Assembly: GCA_035084275.1 (NCBI GenBank) | Contig: CM068761.1 | Coordinates: forward strand, 8,308,001 to 8,372,000 | Length of the DNA stretch: 64,000 nucleotides | Direction of reading: 5' to 3' | Origin: Hydrolagus colliei | Taxonomy: Eukaryota | Part shown: in pieces, positions 1-12,620 of the stretch | How the letters are laid out: each line of letters begins with the position of its first letter | Position numbering within the stretch: the first letter of the stretch is position 1 | Made by a program: the position numbers and the translations under genes | The notes under the pieces: generated by a model | What the model was told of the DNA's origin: nothing | Database searches by the model: none | The model's input: the letters and a program-made list of their open reading frames with translations, nothing else

Positions 1-258
1 AGTATTTCAAGAGTCCATTGGTTCTTTCTGTTGTTGTTCAAAGAAATGTTCAAAACTATAGACTCAAAACTGCTCCCTTTCTGCGCCATTAAAATAAGAA
101 AATGTTTTGGGGAAGAGTGATGCTTTCTTTATTACAATTGAAAATTGTTACTCTTGAGTACTGAATAGGCCAAGGCATCAGGAGTGGGGAGGGAGTCCTG
201 GGGGTGCCTAATAAACAGGCTTGTACTGTATGTGTGTGTAAATAATACTATTTATATA

Positions 259-729
259 CAGTAAAAGCCCGTTGATCTGGCACGTGGGACCTGGCCATTG
301 CGTTAAAGCGTACTGGATATTCGGGTGGCCTGCTGTCGAAAAGCCACCACAAAAAAATTGAAGTTCTTTAATACACACCAGACTAAATAATAAGATAACA
401 GAATATTGTATTGGTGCTTATTGTTAAAACTAGTCTCTTGCGCTTCTCACCTTTACTGGTTGAGGTTTCTAGTCCAGCGATTCTTTTTGCAATGGAGGAT
501 GCTGTGCGGATGAAAAAAACGGCAGTGCGATTTTAAAGCCTTAATAGTGGCAAGCCAATAACCCTAGACTCTACTAGTGGCAAACTGAAATACTGCATCT
601 GCGCGACAAATGCTCCAACGCTGTTGTTCCAGATAAGTTCCGGTTTATCGAATGGGCCCTTTTTGTTTTGGCGTGCCGGTTATACGGAAGTGCCAATTCA
701 TCGAGTCACGGATAAACAGGCTTCTACTG
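259..729. mobile_element. Tc1/mariner (Tigger/pogo-like) MITE
   Basis: Imperfect TIRs CAGTAAAAGCCCGTT / AAACAGGCTTCTACTG flanked by TA. The same left end recurs at ~14073. Confidence 0.7.
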
Positions 730-876
730 TATATATAATATATCTCTTTTGGAGAGGCAACAATGCAGGATGGAGAATATTTGGGTAAAAATGTTCTTTT
801 CTCCCAATTTATTTTCTTCTCCCAATTTATTTCATGATTGCTTGCTTTTTGTTGCTCTCCTTTCCTCTCAATTCAG

Positions 877-1953
877 GGTGACACTGTAAGTCCTGAACCA
901 GAAGAAGAGCAGGAAACATCTGCTCAAAATGATTTGCGAGCTCCTGCCGCTGCCCGGTCAATGCTTACTCGTGCAAACCCTACATCTGTACCTCATGACT
1001 CTCAGTCTGTGTTTAGTGATGTTCATTTAGCCTCTCCAGTCCCACGAACACCCAGTCCCCTGGAGCTGTTGCACATTGACGAGGAACCTGGCACTTCCCT
1101 TCCATCCATCATTTTACCTTGTGCTTCCTCTCCATTGTTTGCTCATGAACCTCATTCATCTGTCTTTGTCTCATTAGTTTCATCCAGTCAGCTTGCAGAT
1201 TCCATCCTCTCACCAGTTGTAAAAGGAAATTCATATGTGAGAATTAACGTTTCTCGGTCAGTGATGCCATCCAAGGTAGAGCCTTTGGTTTCAGATCCTC
1301 ATGTTGCGGAGAATATTACTCTTAGGAATGTACTGCAAGTCATGGAAAATGAGCAAAAAAAACAAAGCCAGCTACTCATTGTTGAAGACCAGGGCAAAGT
1401 GATACCAAGTTCTTTGTGTGCCACTAACACTAAGTGCTTGGTATCTGAAATGGCACTGGCCTTGGAGAGTAGACCTCAGGTGGAGTCCACATCCCTGGTC
1501 ACTGACTTTGATGAAGTGAATGAAGCCATAGATCAGCTGTTGTTCCTGTACCCTGATTCCATGCAAAATGTGCATACAGAGAGCAAAAGGGAAGTGTGGG
1601 AAGAGAAAGTGGTGACAATGGAAAGGCAGATTTTATGCTCTGATACTAGAGAGCTTCCACTTTCAAATCAGGAATTGAGAGTGAACGCGCAGAATCAAGA
1701 AAGCATGGAACAGCTGGCCCTGCCTGAAGCTGAGGTCTCAGCAAATCTACCCAGTGAAAGAAGGACATCAAAACTGTCGGAACAACAGGTAGCACAAGAC
1801 CGGCAGGAACCGGGAAAGCAAGTAGGTGTATCACAAGGTGAATTGAAGAACTGTTCTCAACATCCAAAACCACATGAGGAGGTCCCAGAGGAGAAGTTTG
1901 ATTTGCCTCCAGTTCAGACACCTGTGGTGGAACGGATTTCCGCCTCTCGTCAG
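877..1953 (+). CDS. PXN: Paxillin long-isoform alternative exon (359 aa, low complexity)
   Basis: Polypyrimidine tract and AG at 875-876, then open frame in phase 0. Ends PVVERISASRQ, resembling the human long-isoform junction ERISTSGQ (from memory). Donor is CAG|GCAGGC. Confidence 0.75.
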
Positions 1954-2525
1954 GCAGGCAGAAAGCTTTTAGTGTGGAATGTTTTCCAGAGATTCATGGC
2001 ATGAGGCCCCGTTATTGCATGGCAGAGTAGCATTAGACACCGAGCCTGTTCCGCTGTTGCAGAATTCAAATAACAGAGGCTGTCTTTCATCCATTACTGA
2101 CTTTTATAATGGTATTTTCAATGTGGAGCTTGCTGTGGTATTTAAAAAAAAGTGAATTCAGTTTATTTCTAAATGCATCACTTGAGGTGGATAGTGGAGA
2201 GCTCTGAGTTTGTTTGTGTAACATAGTACGTGTATTGCATTAACATATCCACCACTTAATGACAGAAGGGTAATTTTTTACTGAGGTAATGCTACATGTT
2301 GGCTGTTGTGTGCACAGTTTTGTCTAAATTTGCCAGAAAGCTATTTATATCCTTGATGGTTCTGTTTGTGTAAGGTGTCCACTTGACGGGAAATTGAACG
2401 TTGAGGCTGCACACGGGCTCGTGCATGCATTTGTGATGTTGCTGTGTCTGCTTATGTGTGTCCGTGTCTCTTCATATTGGCCTGCAAGATAGTAGTTTTA
2501 CTGTGAAATGTTCCCTATGGCACAG

Positions 2526-2789
2526 ATGAAATGTGTTATTAAGAGGACCAGGGATTCTTCAAATGTACACCCCATGTACCGGGAGGAGTCAGCACGGCGC
2601 AAATATGGCCCCGTCATATTTAATAAAAGTGTGTCCCAGGACAGACTTATTGAGGAGCTTCATGGCAAACTGGGGATTGAGAAGAAGGAACTCAAGAAAA
2701 GGGAAGAGGATGACTGGCTCACAGAGGGAGTGGTCATCACTGTGAATCCTGTCAGGAAACGTGAGGACGGAACTCAGAAGGTTGAGAAG
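2526..2789 (+). CDS. PXN: Paxillin long-isoform exon (88 aa)
   Basis: cacag|ATG...AAG|gtagtg, phase 0-0. MKCVIKRTRD..HPMYRE..SQDRLIEELHGKLGI..DWLTEGVVITVNP resembles the mammalian long PXN insert. Confidence 0.85.
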
Positions 2790-3248
2790 GTAGTGAGAAG
2801 AAAGCATGAGAAATTGTGACCCAAGAAATGCATGGAGAAAAGTGCAGTGCACAATATACCTTGACCTTAATTCCATCTGCATGTACTGCTTAACAATTTG
2901 CTATGGATCCAAAACATTGAAATTGTAGCTTTCTGCCTCCTGATGTGGGACTGTTGGAGTTGTGTTGCAAGTTTAATTGTTCATTGTGTGGTTGGTTAAT
3001 GCAGAGTGGTGTTAGAGTGGTGTTCTCTGCCTGGGGAGATTGGGATTTTGTTCTGCTATTGTGCCTTGTCCAGGCATGTGGTCAGAATTAAACCAGTTAT
3101 TGGTATCTAAGGTAAATGAATAAAGCATTTGGAGATGAAAACAAATGAAGATGGTTACCTTATTAACAGATGCTTGCTGCGGCTTGAAATACCCCTGATA
3201 GTTTCTTGTGCAATTTGACTTATTATTTTTGTGTTTCTCTATCTGCAG

Positions 3249-3266
3249 GGCCTTCCTAGTGCTGAG
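3249..3266 (+). CDS. PXN: Candidate 18-nt PXN microexon (GLPSAE)
   Basis: Strong tract ttgtgtttctctatctgcag and donor GAG|gtatgg. Frame-preserving between phase-0 neighbours. Confidence 0.5.
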
Positions 3267-4195
3267 GTATGGTGCAATCACCGGGCAATATTAAATTTTT
3301 TCTTGAAATAACATTATTTATTAATAAATAATTAATATTATTTTTTGCCTTCAAGTGAGATATTAAACCCAAATCATGTGTGCTATTTTAGGTGGTATTA
3401 GAGATCCCATGGCGCTAGTTGAAAAGGTAAAAGAGCTTCACCTCTTGGCCTGACCAGAAATCCGCCAAATAAATTGATAATTTACCTCATGCCCTTTTTG
3501 GGAGATATTACTGTGAGCAAATTGCCTGTCCCACTTGCCTCTAAACACATAGATATGATACTAGACAATTCCTTGTGACGCACATTGAAACATTTTACTG
3601 TCATAGGCTCGTGTTAGGGTTAATATATTTGGGATGCTATGTTTGTTTTACATATTGTTAAGGTCATTGACAATGGAGCCAAGTCAATTATGATTCTTGC
3701 TTCTGTTTTCAGTCTGAGATTTTAGCACAAGTATTCATGTGGCTGTTTGCAAGATATGCACCCCAAGTGTAGAAGTGATCAAAGAGTTGCATTTGTTGAA
3801 TCTGTTCAGTTTTCAATAGTTGTTATTTGAGGCAAAATTCAATACTGCCAGGTGATTGTATGAAATCTTAGACTTTCATTGTTGGTTGTAGGATTAAAAC
3901 TAACTAGTTTGTTACCAACAATTTGCTAGGTACTTAAAATCCGCTTGAAATCACGTGTAGCTCCTCTCATGCTAATGTGATTGTTAACAGAGGAAGTGTG
4001 TTCAATTTTGGGTCAGGCTGTTCCTGTGAGTTTTGTACGGTCTACTATTTGTTCTTTCGAAATCCAGCTGTGTGACAATAGCAGCTTGAAGCATGTTTTG
4101 CGATTTGTCTGGGGCATTTTCTTTGGCCCAGTGGAATGAAAGCAGCCTTCAGTATTGTAACGTTAATATTGAAGCAACTATGTGTTTTTCTCTAG

Positions 4196-4813
4196 ATAAT
4201 AATTACTCGAGAACACTCTTCTCCAAAGCGTTCCAGACCACCATCTCCATCTATTCCCCTTTCATCAACATCTCCATCTCCATCAATTCCACCTTCTCCA
4301 CCAGCCCCTTCTACTCCACCTTCTCCCCCACTCAAACCAAGCCAAGATCGGAAAAAAAAGCTTCAGAATGTTTCAACCTCACCATTTGCATTGTCCCATT
4401 CTGCTCGTTTACCTACACCTCCTCCTCGTTTTCTTACCCCTTCTCCTCCTCCTCCTCCCCGTTTATTTACCCCACCACTTCCCTGTTTGCCAACCCTAAC
4501 CCCACCTCCCCCACTCCCTTCCCCTCTCACGTTCCCAGAGTTCAATCCTGAGTCTTGGTGGGATGCATCACCTGATGAATATCAAGAATTGTCTCCCCTT
4601 CCAACACCACCACTTACCTCATTAACCCCAATATACTACACTCCTCCGCCAGAGCAGCCTCTTTGTGGCCCTTCTCTGTCTCTTGTACAGACTATTGTTG
4701 CCCCGACTGAACATCTCCGATCCCCATCCCCACCACCAAAAGTCATGGTGTCGATAGCCTGTCAAACTGATGACTACAGCAGCGATGAAGGCTCACCTCT
4801 GTTTCCACTACAG
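4196..4813 (+). CDS. PXN: Paxillin long-isoform Pro-rich exon (206 aa)
   Basis: ttctctag acceptor and open frame. Ends VSIACQTDD...PLFPLQ, similar to human SVGCQTDEDPLLPPMQ. Donor CAG|GCATGG. Confidence 0.75.
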
Positions 4814-4934
4814 GCATGGAGTATTCTGTCTTTTATGGTTACAGATTGATTTTAGCCTTTTCTGTCATAAAGGGCAATATACAACTTCCGAAGGCTCTTC
4901 AGGTTGATTCTATCTGGTAACAGCAATTTTAGTC

Positions 4935-5235
4935 TATAATAATAATCCTTGCATTTAATATAGTGCTTTTCACGTCTTCTAGATGTCTCAAAGCTCTTCA
5001 CAGAATATACTGTAAAGTGAATTGACTGTATATTTGTGGATGCAATGTGGCAGCCAATTGTGCATAGCGATGTCCCACAAACAGGCGTGGATTGAAATGA
5101 CCAATTTATTATAGTTTTTTTGGTGATTATTGTTAGGTGTGTAGAGTAAGGAAACTTGTCCAAGGTTTCGCCCTGCCTGGTTTCGAACACAGGTCTCACA
5201 CTTGTAAGGTGAGTCCTCTAACCATTGAGCTACAG
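4935..5235 (-). mobile_element. tRNA-derived DeuSINE-like SINE copy
   Basis: Reverse complement of the SINE at 27519: tRNA head, Deu-like core, L2-like tail with (ATT)n. Confidence 0.85.
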
Positions 5236-5391
5236 GATTCCATAGAGTGTATATTCCAAGGATTATTATTATCACCAAGATCCACTGAAATGTCACTAGT
5301 GAAGCGAGAGGCTCCCTGTACTGTTAAAGGGTGACAGTACTTCTGTTTTCAAACCATATTAAAGTGCTTTAAGACATCTAGAAGATGTGAA

Positions 5392-5885
5392 AACAACAAT
5401 AACAAAATTGTACTTATATAACGCCTTTCACATTGGGAAGACATCCCAAAGCGCTGAACAGTCTGGTCGAGAGGGGGTTGGGGGTGGATGGTCGGGGTAG
5501 GGGGAAGGAGAGTGGGAGAGGGGGAAGAATTAGTGGGGGAGCTGAAGGCGCAGTCGAAGAGGAAGGTCTTGAGACCGGTCTCGAAGGAGGAAAGGGAGGA
5601 AGTGAGGCAGAGGGGCTGCAGGATGGAGTTCCACAGTGTGGGAGCAGAGAGGCTGAAAGACCGGCCGCTGATGGTTGGGCGGTTAGGGCAGTGGATGCGG
5701 AGCAGGCCTATGTCTGCTGAATGGAGGGTGCGGGCAGGCTGGTAGAGAGACATTAGGTCAGAGAGATAGGCGGGGGCAAGGCCATAAATGGCCTTGAAAG
5801 TGAGGACAAGCATCTTGAATTCGATCCTCTGGGTGATGGGGAGCCAGTGGAGATGGGCGAGGGTGGGAATGATGTGGTCGTGAAA
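5392..5885 (-). mobile_element. L2-clade LINE 3' fragment
   Basis: RT C-terminal peptide LVLTFKAIYGLAPAYLSDL..RPTISGRSFS and (TTG)n tail. Confidence 0.85.
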
Positions 5886-6561
5886 AGTGCTATATCAAAT
5901 GCAAGGATCATCATTATTATTATTACTACTACCAGCAATGGAATTAAATTTAATATCTTTCAGAGGTCAGCTGTAATAGCTTTTAATATGTTAATTTATG
6001 AAAGAACAAACTAAAATATGGCTTTTTAAATGTTTATGCTTCATATATTCATAGTAGGTTTTATATTCTAAGCTGTTCAATTGAAACATCAGGCACCATT
6101 CCACACACTATTGATTTGCTTTGTAAATGAGAATGTGAGGATGTTAAATGTCCTTTAAGGTACTTTGTCACCAATTTTTTCTCTTCCTCTTGATATCGGT
6201 TTGGGTAGTGGTTCCTTGTGGGGCTGAATCTACAAATTGTCAATGACTGACAAGCCATCTGAACAGCTCTGGTGTGAAAAAATGTAGGTTGTCAATGGGC
6301 AGTAAGGGGGTAAAGACATTTTGTTGTTCAGGAGGATCAGTACTCTGCATCTAGCTTTTTCATGGGATTACTTCATGCTGCCAAAAGTGGAAAGATTTGA
6401 TTCCCTAGGTTTATCCATGTTTGTGGGACATTGGAGTGTGCATATCAATTGCCATGTTTGCCTACAAATACACATTCATTACCTTTCCCAGTAAAAAAAA
6501 AGAAGTGAAGACCCTTGAGACATCTTGATTTGATAAGGCGCAATATCACATTCAAGGATAA

Positions 6562-7250
6562 TAACAACAACAACAACAACAAATTACATTTATAGAGCGC
6601 CTTTCACGTCGGGAGGACGTCCCAAGGCGCTGTACAAGAGGCGTGTGACCCGAGCTGGGAGGGGAGTGTTTGGGAAGGGGTGAAACACGAAGGGGAGTTA
6701 AAAGAGTTCGGGGTGGAACAAAAGGCACGATCGAAGAGGAAAGTCTTCAAACCGGCCGTGAAAGAGGAAAGGGAAGAGACGAAACGGAGGGATTGAGGGA
6801 TGGCATTCCACAGGGTGGGAGCGGAGAAACTGAAGGCCCGGCCTCCGATGGTGGGGCGGTTCGGGCGGGGGGCTTGGAGCAGGCCAAGTCCTGTTGAACG
6901 GAGGGTCCGAGTGGGCGTGTAGGGGGAGAGTAGATTGGTTAGATAGGGTGGGGCAAGGCCGTGTAAGGCCTTGTAGGTGAGGACGAGGATCTTGAACTCG
7001 ATCCTCTGGAGGATGGGGAGCCAATGGAGATGGGCGAGGGTGGGGGTTATGTGGTCGAGGAGGCGGGTGCGGGATAGTACACAGAGTTTTGGATGGCCTG
7101 TAGCCTGTGAATGGAGGAACTGGGGAGGCCGACGAGGATAGAATTTCCGTAGTCCAGCCGTGAGGTGATGTATGCATGCACGAGTGTTTCGGCAGCGCGG
7201 TGGGTAAGATAGTTGCGGAGCCTGGCAATGTTGCGCTGGTTGGTAATCCT
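6562..7250 (-). mobile_element. L2-clade LINE 3' fragment (young subfamily)
   Basis: HITPTLAHLHWLPILQRIEFKILVLTYKALHGLAP; near-identical to the copy at 11.7-12.6 kb. Confidence 0.9.
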
Positions 7251-9265
7251 CGTTTAAAAACTCGCCAAAAATATTTTGAGAAACATAACAAAGGAACAAT
7301 CAGTATGCTGGTCCTCCATTAATATTCACCTACAAATAAACAATCAGTTCACTTTACAGTAGCTTCTGTGAAGCAATTTGATACGTTTCAAAGATGTGAC
7401 AAGGCGCTATATCAATTGCAAGGATTAGTATTATAATTATTATGTTGAGATCCAATGATGGGAGCAAGGGGGTGGGCAGAGAGGTAAATGAGGCTTATGA
7501 GAAGATCCAATTTCCTCATCACTTTTTTCTGATTCATTACTTACCTTTTGATTTCTATGATAAAGGCTGGTGGAAAAAGAGAATTAAAATCGTATTTGCA
7601 ATGGCTAAAATGGCTGCTTTTAAGTCCCATCTTTGAAAGTAGGCTAAAGTCTAATGGCTTAATTGAAGCTGTTGAGGGAGAGCTTTCTGTTACTGTACTG
7701 ATAACATTCCATATATTACCAAGGTGAGAAAGAATAGTGCATGAGAGCACATAATTAGGAAATTTGCCATTTAAAACTTTCTGTAATTTATTGTAGATGA
7801 GGTTCACAGTAAGCTGTTTTAATTGCTGTGCGCAAAATAGACTGCAGTGTTTGCTCTCAGAAAGTCCCTAGCTTATTGCTACTTTTCACTCTGTTTTAGG
7901 TGAATACAATGTTTGAATTTCTGCGTCTCACTCCTCCTCCAGCCATTGAGAAGGCAGGACATTCTTTTCATTCTCAGCATGCTGTATTCTATACTTGTTG
8001 CTTATATACTTTTTTTTAATATATAAAATATATATTTATTATTTGAAAACACATATTTTCATCCCTGTGACAACACACGTCAAAAAACAAAACAAAACAA
8101 AACATTCCCCACCATGACAAATGCGCAACGGCCCTGTCTTTATACTCTCGCAAAAACAAACACCAGCTTTATGGAAACACAATTCTGTTCACATTATAAA
8201 CATCCTATTATTCAATTTCCAGCTGCCGTGTCTATTGGAGATTGGTTCCAGACGTTACCTTTCGCCCCAATCCCCTTATAGGACCAGGGCCACCTCGCTT
8301 CTCTACGCTGCTGCCTTTATTTACAGGGAGCAGTTACAAACGGGCGAATCCCAGTTCTGCCATCCTTGATTTACCGGATGGCAGGCCAAATAAACCCCAA
8401 CTCCGATGCTCCCCCCTTTATGGGGAGAGACTTTCCACCACAAACAAAACCACAAAACTTGTTGCTTATATACCCATCTCATTGTTTCCATTAATCACAA
8501 AGCTCTAATCTTAAATCTAGAGTCCCCTGAAATCTTAAGTCAGCTGCACTGCACTTTTCTTGTGTTCTGAATATTCTTTTTGTCTTTTTGTTGTGTTGAA
8601 TTTCACATTGTGGTTTCATTTTCTTTCTTCAACTTATTCTATTCCATTACGCTTCTGTCTCCTGTTTCTGTGTCCCATTCTAGCCCATCAATCCAGGCCA
8701 CACTGCTCCTGTGCCATGTAGTCCATTCCAAAAAGACGATCATCATAGACCGGTAGATTCATTTTCCCTTCCCCCACTGCCGCACCAATCCCCCACTTCT
8801 GTGCGTGGACAGCAACAAAAAGCAAAGGCAAACGTGTGTATAAATCTGTTAAGTTCGACATTTTGCTTTGTTCTGCTAGAGAACAATAGCTTTAGTCCAA
8901 TTGCAAAAGATTCATGATTGTGGACCATAATGTGACCTTATTGTGCTGGTAAGGCTCTAAGATCGCTGTGATGGAGATGGAGATGGAGATGGTTACTAGA
9001 GATGGCCATTAATATGGCCATCTCTAGTAACGTTCATTGCCTTGTATTGCCCAACAGTAGGAGTCAACCCAAACTCATACATAGATTGAGCAGCATGTTA
9101 ATTAGTCTAGTTTCCATGCTTGGTTGGGCTACCATTGTTTTTTGGGAAACCTTGCACTGCTTTAAAGATGACCCAAATTTCCCTGCTGGACCTGCATAGT
9201 TCCTAACAATCAGTGAATCAAAGGCATTCTTCTAACGCAGTACTCCGAGATGGTATCTGATGTGA

Positions 9266-9930
9266 ATCACAACAACAACAAAACAATTACATTTAAAGAG
9301 CGCCTTTCACATCGGGGAGACATCCCAACAGTGAGGGGTAAGGTCCTGAGCGTGGGGGAGCAGCACGGTAGGGGAGGAGGGGGGGGGGGGAGAGAGTTTG
9401 GAAGATGGCTGAAGGCATGGTCGAAAAGGAGGCTTTTGAGACTGGCCTTGCAGAAGGCATGGGAGGAAGCAAGGCGAAGGGCCTGTGGATGGAATTCCAG
9501 AGTGTGGGAACAGAAAGACTGAAAGCCCGGCTACTGATGGTAGGGGTGGGAGGGTCGGGAGTGGAGACGTGGAGGAGACTGGAACCTGCTAAACAGAGGG
9601 TTGGGCAGCAGGTCAGATTGATAGAAAGGGGCAAGGCCATAGATGGATGAGGATCTTAAATTCGATCCTCTGAGGGATGGGGAGCCAATGATGCTGAGCA
9701 AGCGTGGGAGTGATGGGTCATGGAGCGTGGTGCGGGAGAGGATATGAGTTGTAGAGCTTTGGATGATCTGCAGATTGTGAATGGAAGAGGCCATTGAGGA
9801 GGGAGTTTCCATAATCAAGCCTTGAGGTGATGAAGTCATGGGTGATGGTTTCATTAGCCTGAGGGGTGAGGCAGTGGCAGAGTCTGGAAATGTTACTGAG
9901 GTAGTGGTCATGGCACAGATGTGGGGGAGA
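9266..9930 (-). mobile_element. Degraded L2-clade LINE fragment
   Basis: Same tail and frameshifted RT motifs. Confidence 0.75.
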
Positions 9931-10535
9931 AAGGACAGTTCACTTACAAAACAAGTACATTTGACTAGTATTATGTATCTGCACAGCTGGTAATTATAGT
10001 TGTATTATAATTACAAGTTGTGTAGACACATACCAATGCTAACTAGTCAAATGTGTTTGTTTTGTGCATTTTCTGCTTTTGAAAAATATTACAGATCTGA
10101 ATGTACCTAGATGTGTATTTTCTTCTTTACTTATCATATGATTGCATTTAATTTACAGTATATTCTGTGAGATGTTGCTTTGCTTTACAACATCTCAAAG
10201 ACGTAATAGCACTGTATCAAATATAAGGATTATTATCATTATTAAGATCTTTGATCTCAAACGAATGCCTGAATAGGGTAATTTTACAGGATGCTGGTCA
10301 GGTTGGGGTCTAACTGTTATCTTCTGATATCTATCCGCTGTATGTACAATTTAAGGTCTATTTTTGTTTGCAACTTTATGCTGATCACACCTTGAAGTAA
10401 GCGGTAAAGTTTTAAAACTTCCATTCAAAGTGTATCAATGAACCAATACAGCCCCGAGGAAAGACACAATGCAATGTGTCTCTTTTTCTCAAGTAATTTA
10501 GGATTCAGCAGAATACCAATGTTTTTTCTTCACAG

Positions 10536-10715
10536 ATGGCCCAATCGGGCTCTAAAGGAAAGCAGAGTGGAGCCTCACCTGTGGCAGTTGCTCAGAAACC
10601 TGGGAGTCAGCTGGATAACATGCTGGATGAACTCCATGTGGGACTGAACAAGCTGGGGGTTGCCACCGTAGCAAAGGGAGTGTGCGCTGCCTGTAAGAAA
10701 CCTATAGCTGGACAG
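10536..10715 (+). CDS. PXN: Paxillin exon: LD5 and start of LIM1
   Basis: MAQ..KPGSQLDNML..LNKLGVATVAKGVCAACKKPIAGQ; cacag|...|gtaaga. Confidence 0.95.
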
Positions 10716-11207
10716 GTAAGAAGAAATTGTTCAGAACTAGAAGCATCTTTGCTTTTTGCAGAGATCATTAGAAATTGTGTCTCAGTATAATCCAGTGCTG
10801 TTAACTGCAGACTAGGGAACGGCGATGTATCGGTTTTTCGATTAAACCCGATATGATTTTCAGATCGGTATGCCGATATGGTGATTCTAAAAAAAACGTT
10901 ATATCGAGAGATTCGATTTTAAAAATATACATCGTTATATTTTAAATATAGTTCCTGGCAATATATCAATATTGTTGATATTCTCAGTGTAATGCGATCT
11001 TTTCCAGCTTACCTTGTCGCCGGCATTGCAACCTCCTAGACCTAGAGCATGGAATGCACGTACATTCGGTGCGCGCGCACAATTAACGGGCGCGCACATC
11101 CGATGCGCACGCACACTTTACTGTGTATACTCGACGTGAGTCGTGGCGTCTTAATTAACAAAGTCGCATCGCTGAAAATTGTAGTTTGAAAATTTACCTT
11201 TCTCATC

Positions 11208-11573
11208 ATGGGGAAAAGAAGCCCCGTATGGGACTACTTTGAAAAGAATGCAGTCAGTAATGGTGTATATAGATGTACAGTTTGCAAGGTCTTGGTTAAG
11301 ACATCTGATTCGAGCACGAGCAACCTGCGACAACACATTAAGCAGCACCACCCCGCCCAGCACGCTGCCCTCAGAGCGAAATCATTGTCGACAACAGCAG
11401 GAAGTCGAACCAGCGCTTCGGAGAAAGCGACAGGTAGTGGGGCCAGTGCAGCTCAAACAATTCCTGCTTTATTTAAGAGGAGAACATTGTACCAGAGAGG
11501 GGACAAAAAGTGGCAAAGTATCACGAACGCTGTCACTTTTTGCATAGCAAAGGAGAGCTTGCCAATGGCGAAG
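11208..11573 (+). pseudogene. Truncated hAT transposase N-terminus (BED zinc finger)
   Basis: SPVWDYF..CTVC..STSNLRQHIKQHH (BED finger), then KKWQSITNAVTFCIAKESLP. Similarity ends at ~11573. Confidence 0.85.
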
Positions 11574-11702
11574 GACATTAATTCAGACTTCAGACTACAT
11601 AAAAATAAGTGGCATTTTGTGGCTGTAAGTGTTATTTTTGTGTGTGAGAGAGTTAGAAGCCAGATTATGACTGCTTCTATGTGTGTGTCTAGTCAGACAC
11701 AC

Positions 11703-12620
11703 ACAGCAACAACAACAACAATTTACATTTTCACGTCGGGAGGACGTCCCAAGGCGCTAAACAAGAGGCGTGTGACCCGAGCTGGGAGGGGAGTGTTTGG
11801 GAAGGGGTGAAACACGAAGGGGAGGTAAAAGAGTTCGGGGTGGAACAAAAGGCACGATCGAAGAGGAAAGTCTTCAAATCGGCCTTGAAAGAGGAAAGGG
11901 AAGAGGTGAAACGGAGGGATTGAGGGATGGCATTCCATAAGGTGGGAGCGGAGAAACTGAAGGCCCGGCCTCCGATGGTGGGGCGGTTCGGGCGGGGGGC
12001 TTGGAGCAGGCCAAGTCCTGTTGAACGGAGGGCCCGGGTGGGCGTGTAGGGGGAGAGTAGATCGGCTAGGTAGGATGGGGCAAGGCCGTGTAAGGCCTTG
12101 TAGGTGAGGACGAGGATCTTAAATTCGATCCTCTGGAGGATGGGGAGCCAGTGGAGACGGGCGAGGGTGGGGGTTATGTGGTCACGGAGGCGGGTGCGGG
12201 ATAGTACACGGGCTGCAGAGTTTTGGATGGCCTGCAGCCTGTGAATGGAGGAACTGGGGAGGCCGACTAGGAGAGAGTTTCCGTAGTCCAGCCGTGAGGT
12301 GATGTACGCGTGCACGAGTGTTTCGGCAGCGCGGGGGGTAAGATGATTGCGGAGCCTGGCAATGTTACGCAGATGGAAATAGGCGGTACCGGTCAAGGCG
12401 CGGATGTGGGGGAGGAAGGAAAGTTTTTGATCGAACATGATGCCGAGGTTCCTGATTGGCTTTGTGAGGTGGAGAGTGCAGCCTTGGATGTTGAGGCTGG
12501 CAGCGCCCGATGTGCGGAGGCGCTGGCTTGAGCCAATCAGGAGGGCCTCGGTCTTACTCACGTTCAATTGCAAAAAGTTGTCCCCCGTCCACGATTCGAT
12601 GTCGGACAGACATGCTGTCA
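11703..12620 (-). mobile_element. L2-clade LINE, 5'-truncated, open RT C-terminal frame
   Basis: ORF 11731-12687: LTACLSDIESW..LQLNVSKTE..RNLGIMFD..SRLDYGNSLL..HWLP. Confidence 0.92.

Noticed and set aside
838-876. Start of the 388-aa ORF
   Set aside because: It begins at TTG within the polypyrimidine tract. The real unit is an internal exon from 877.
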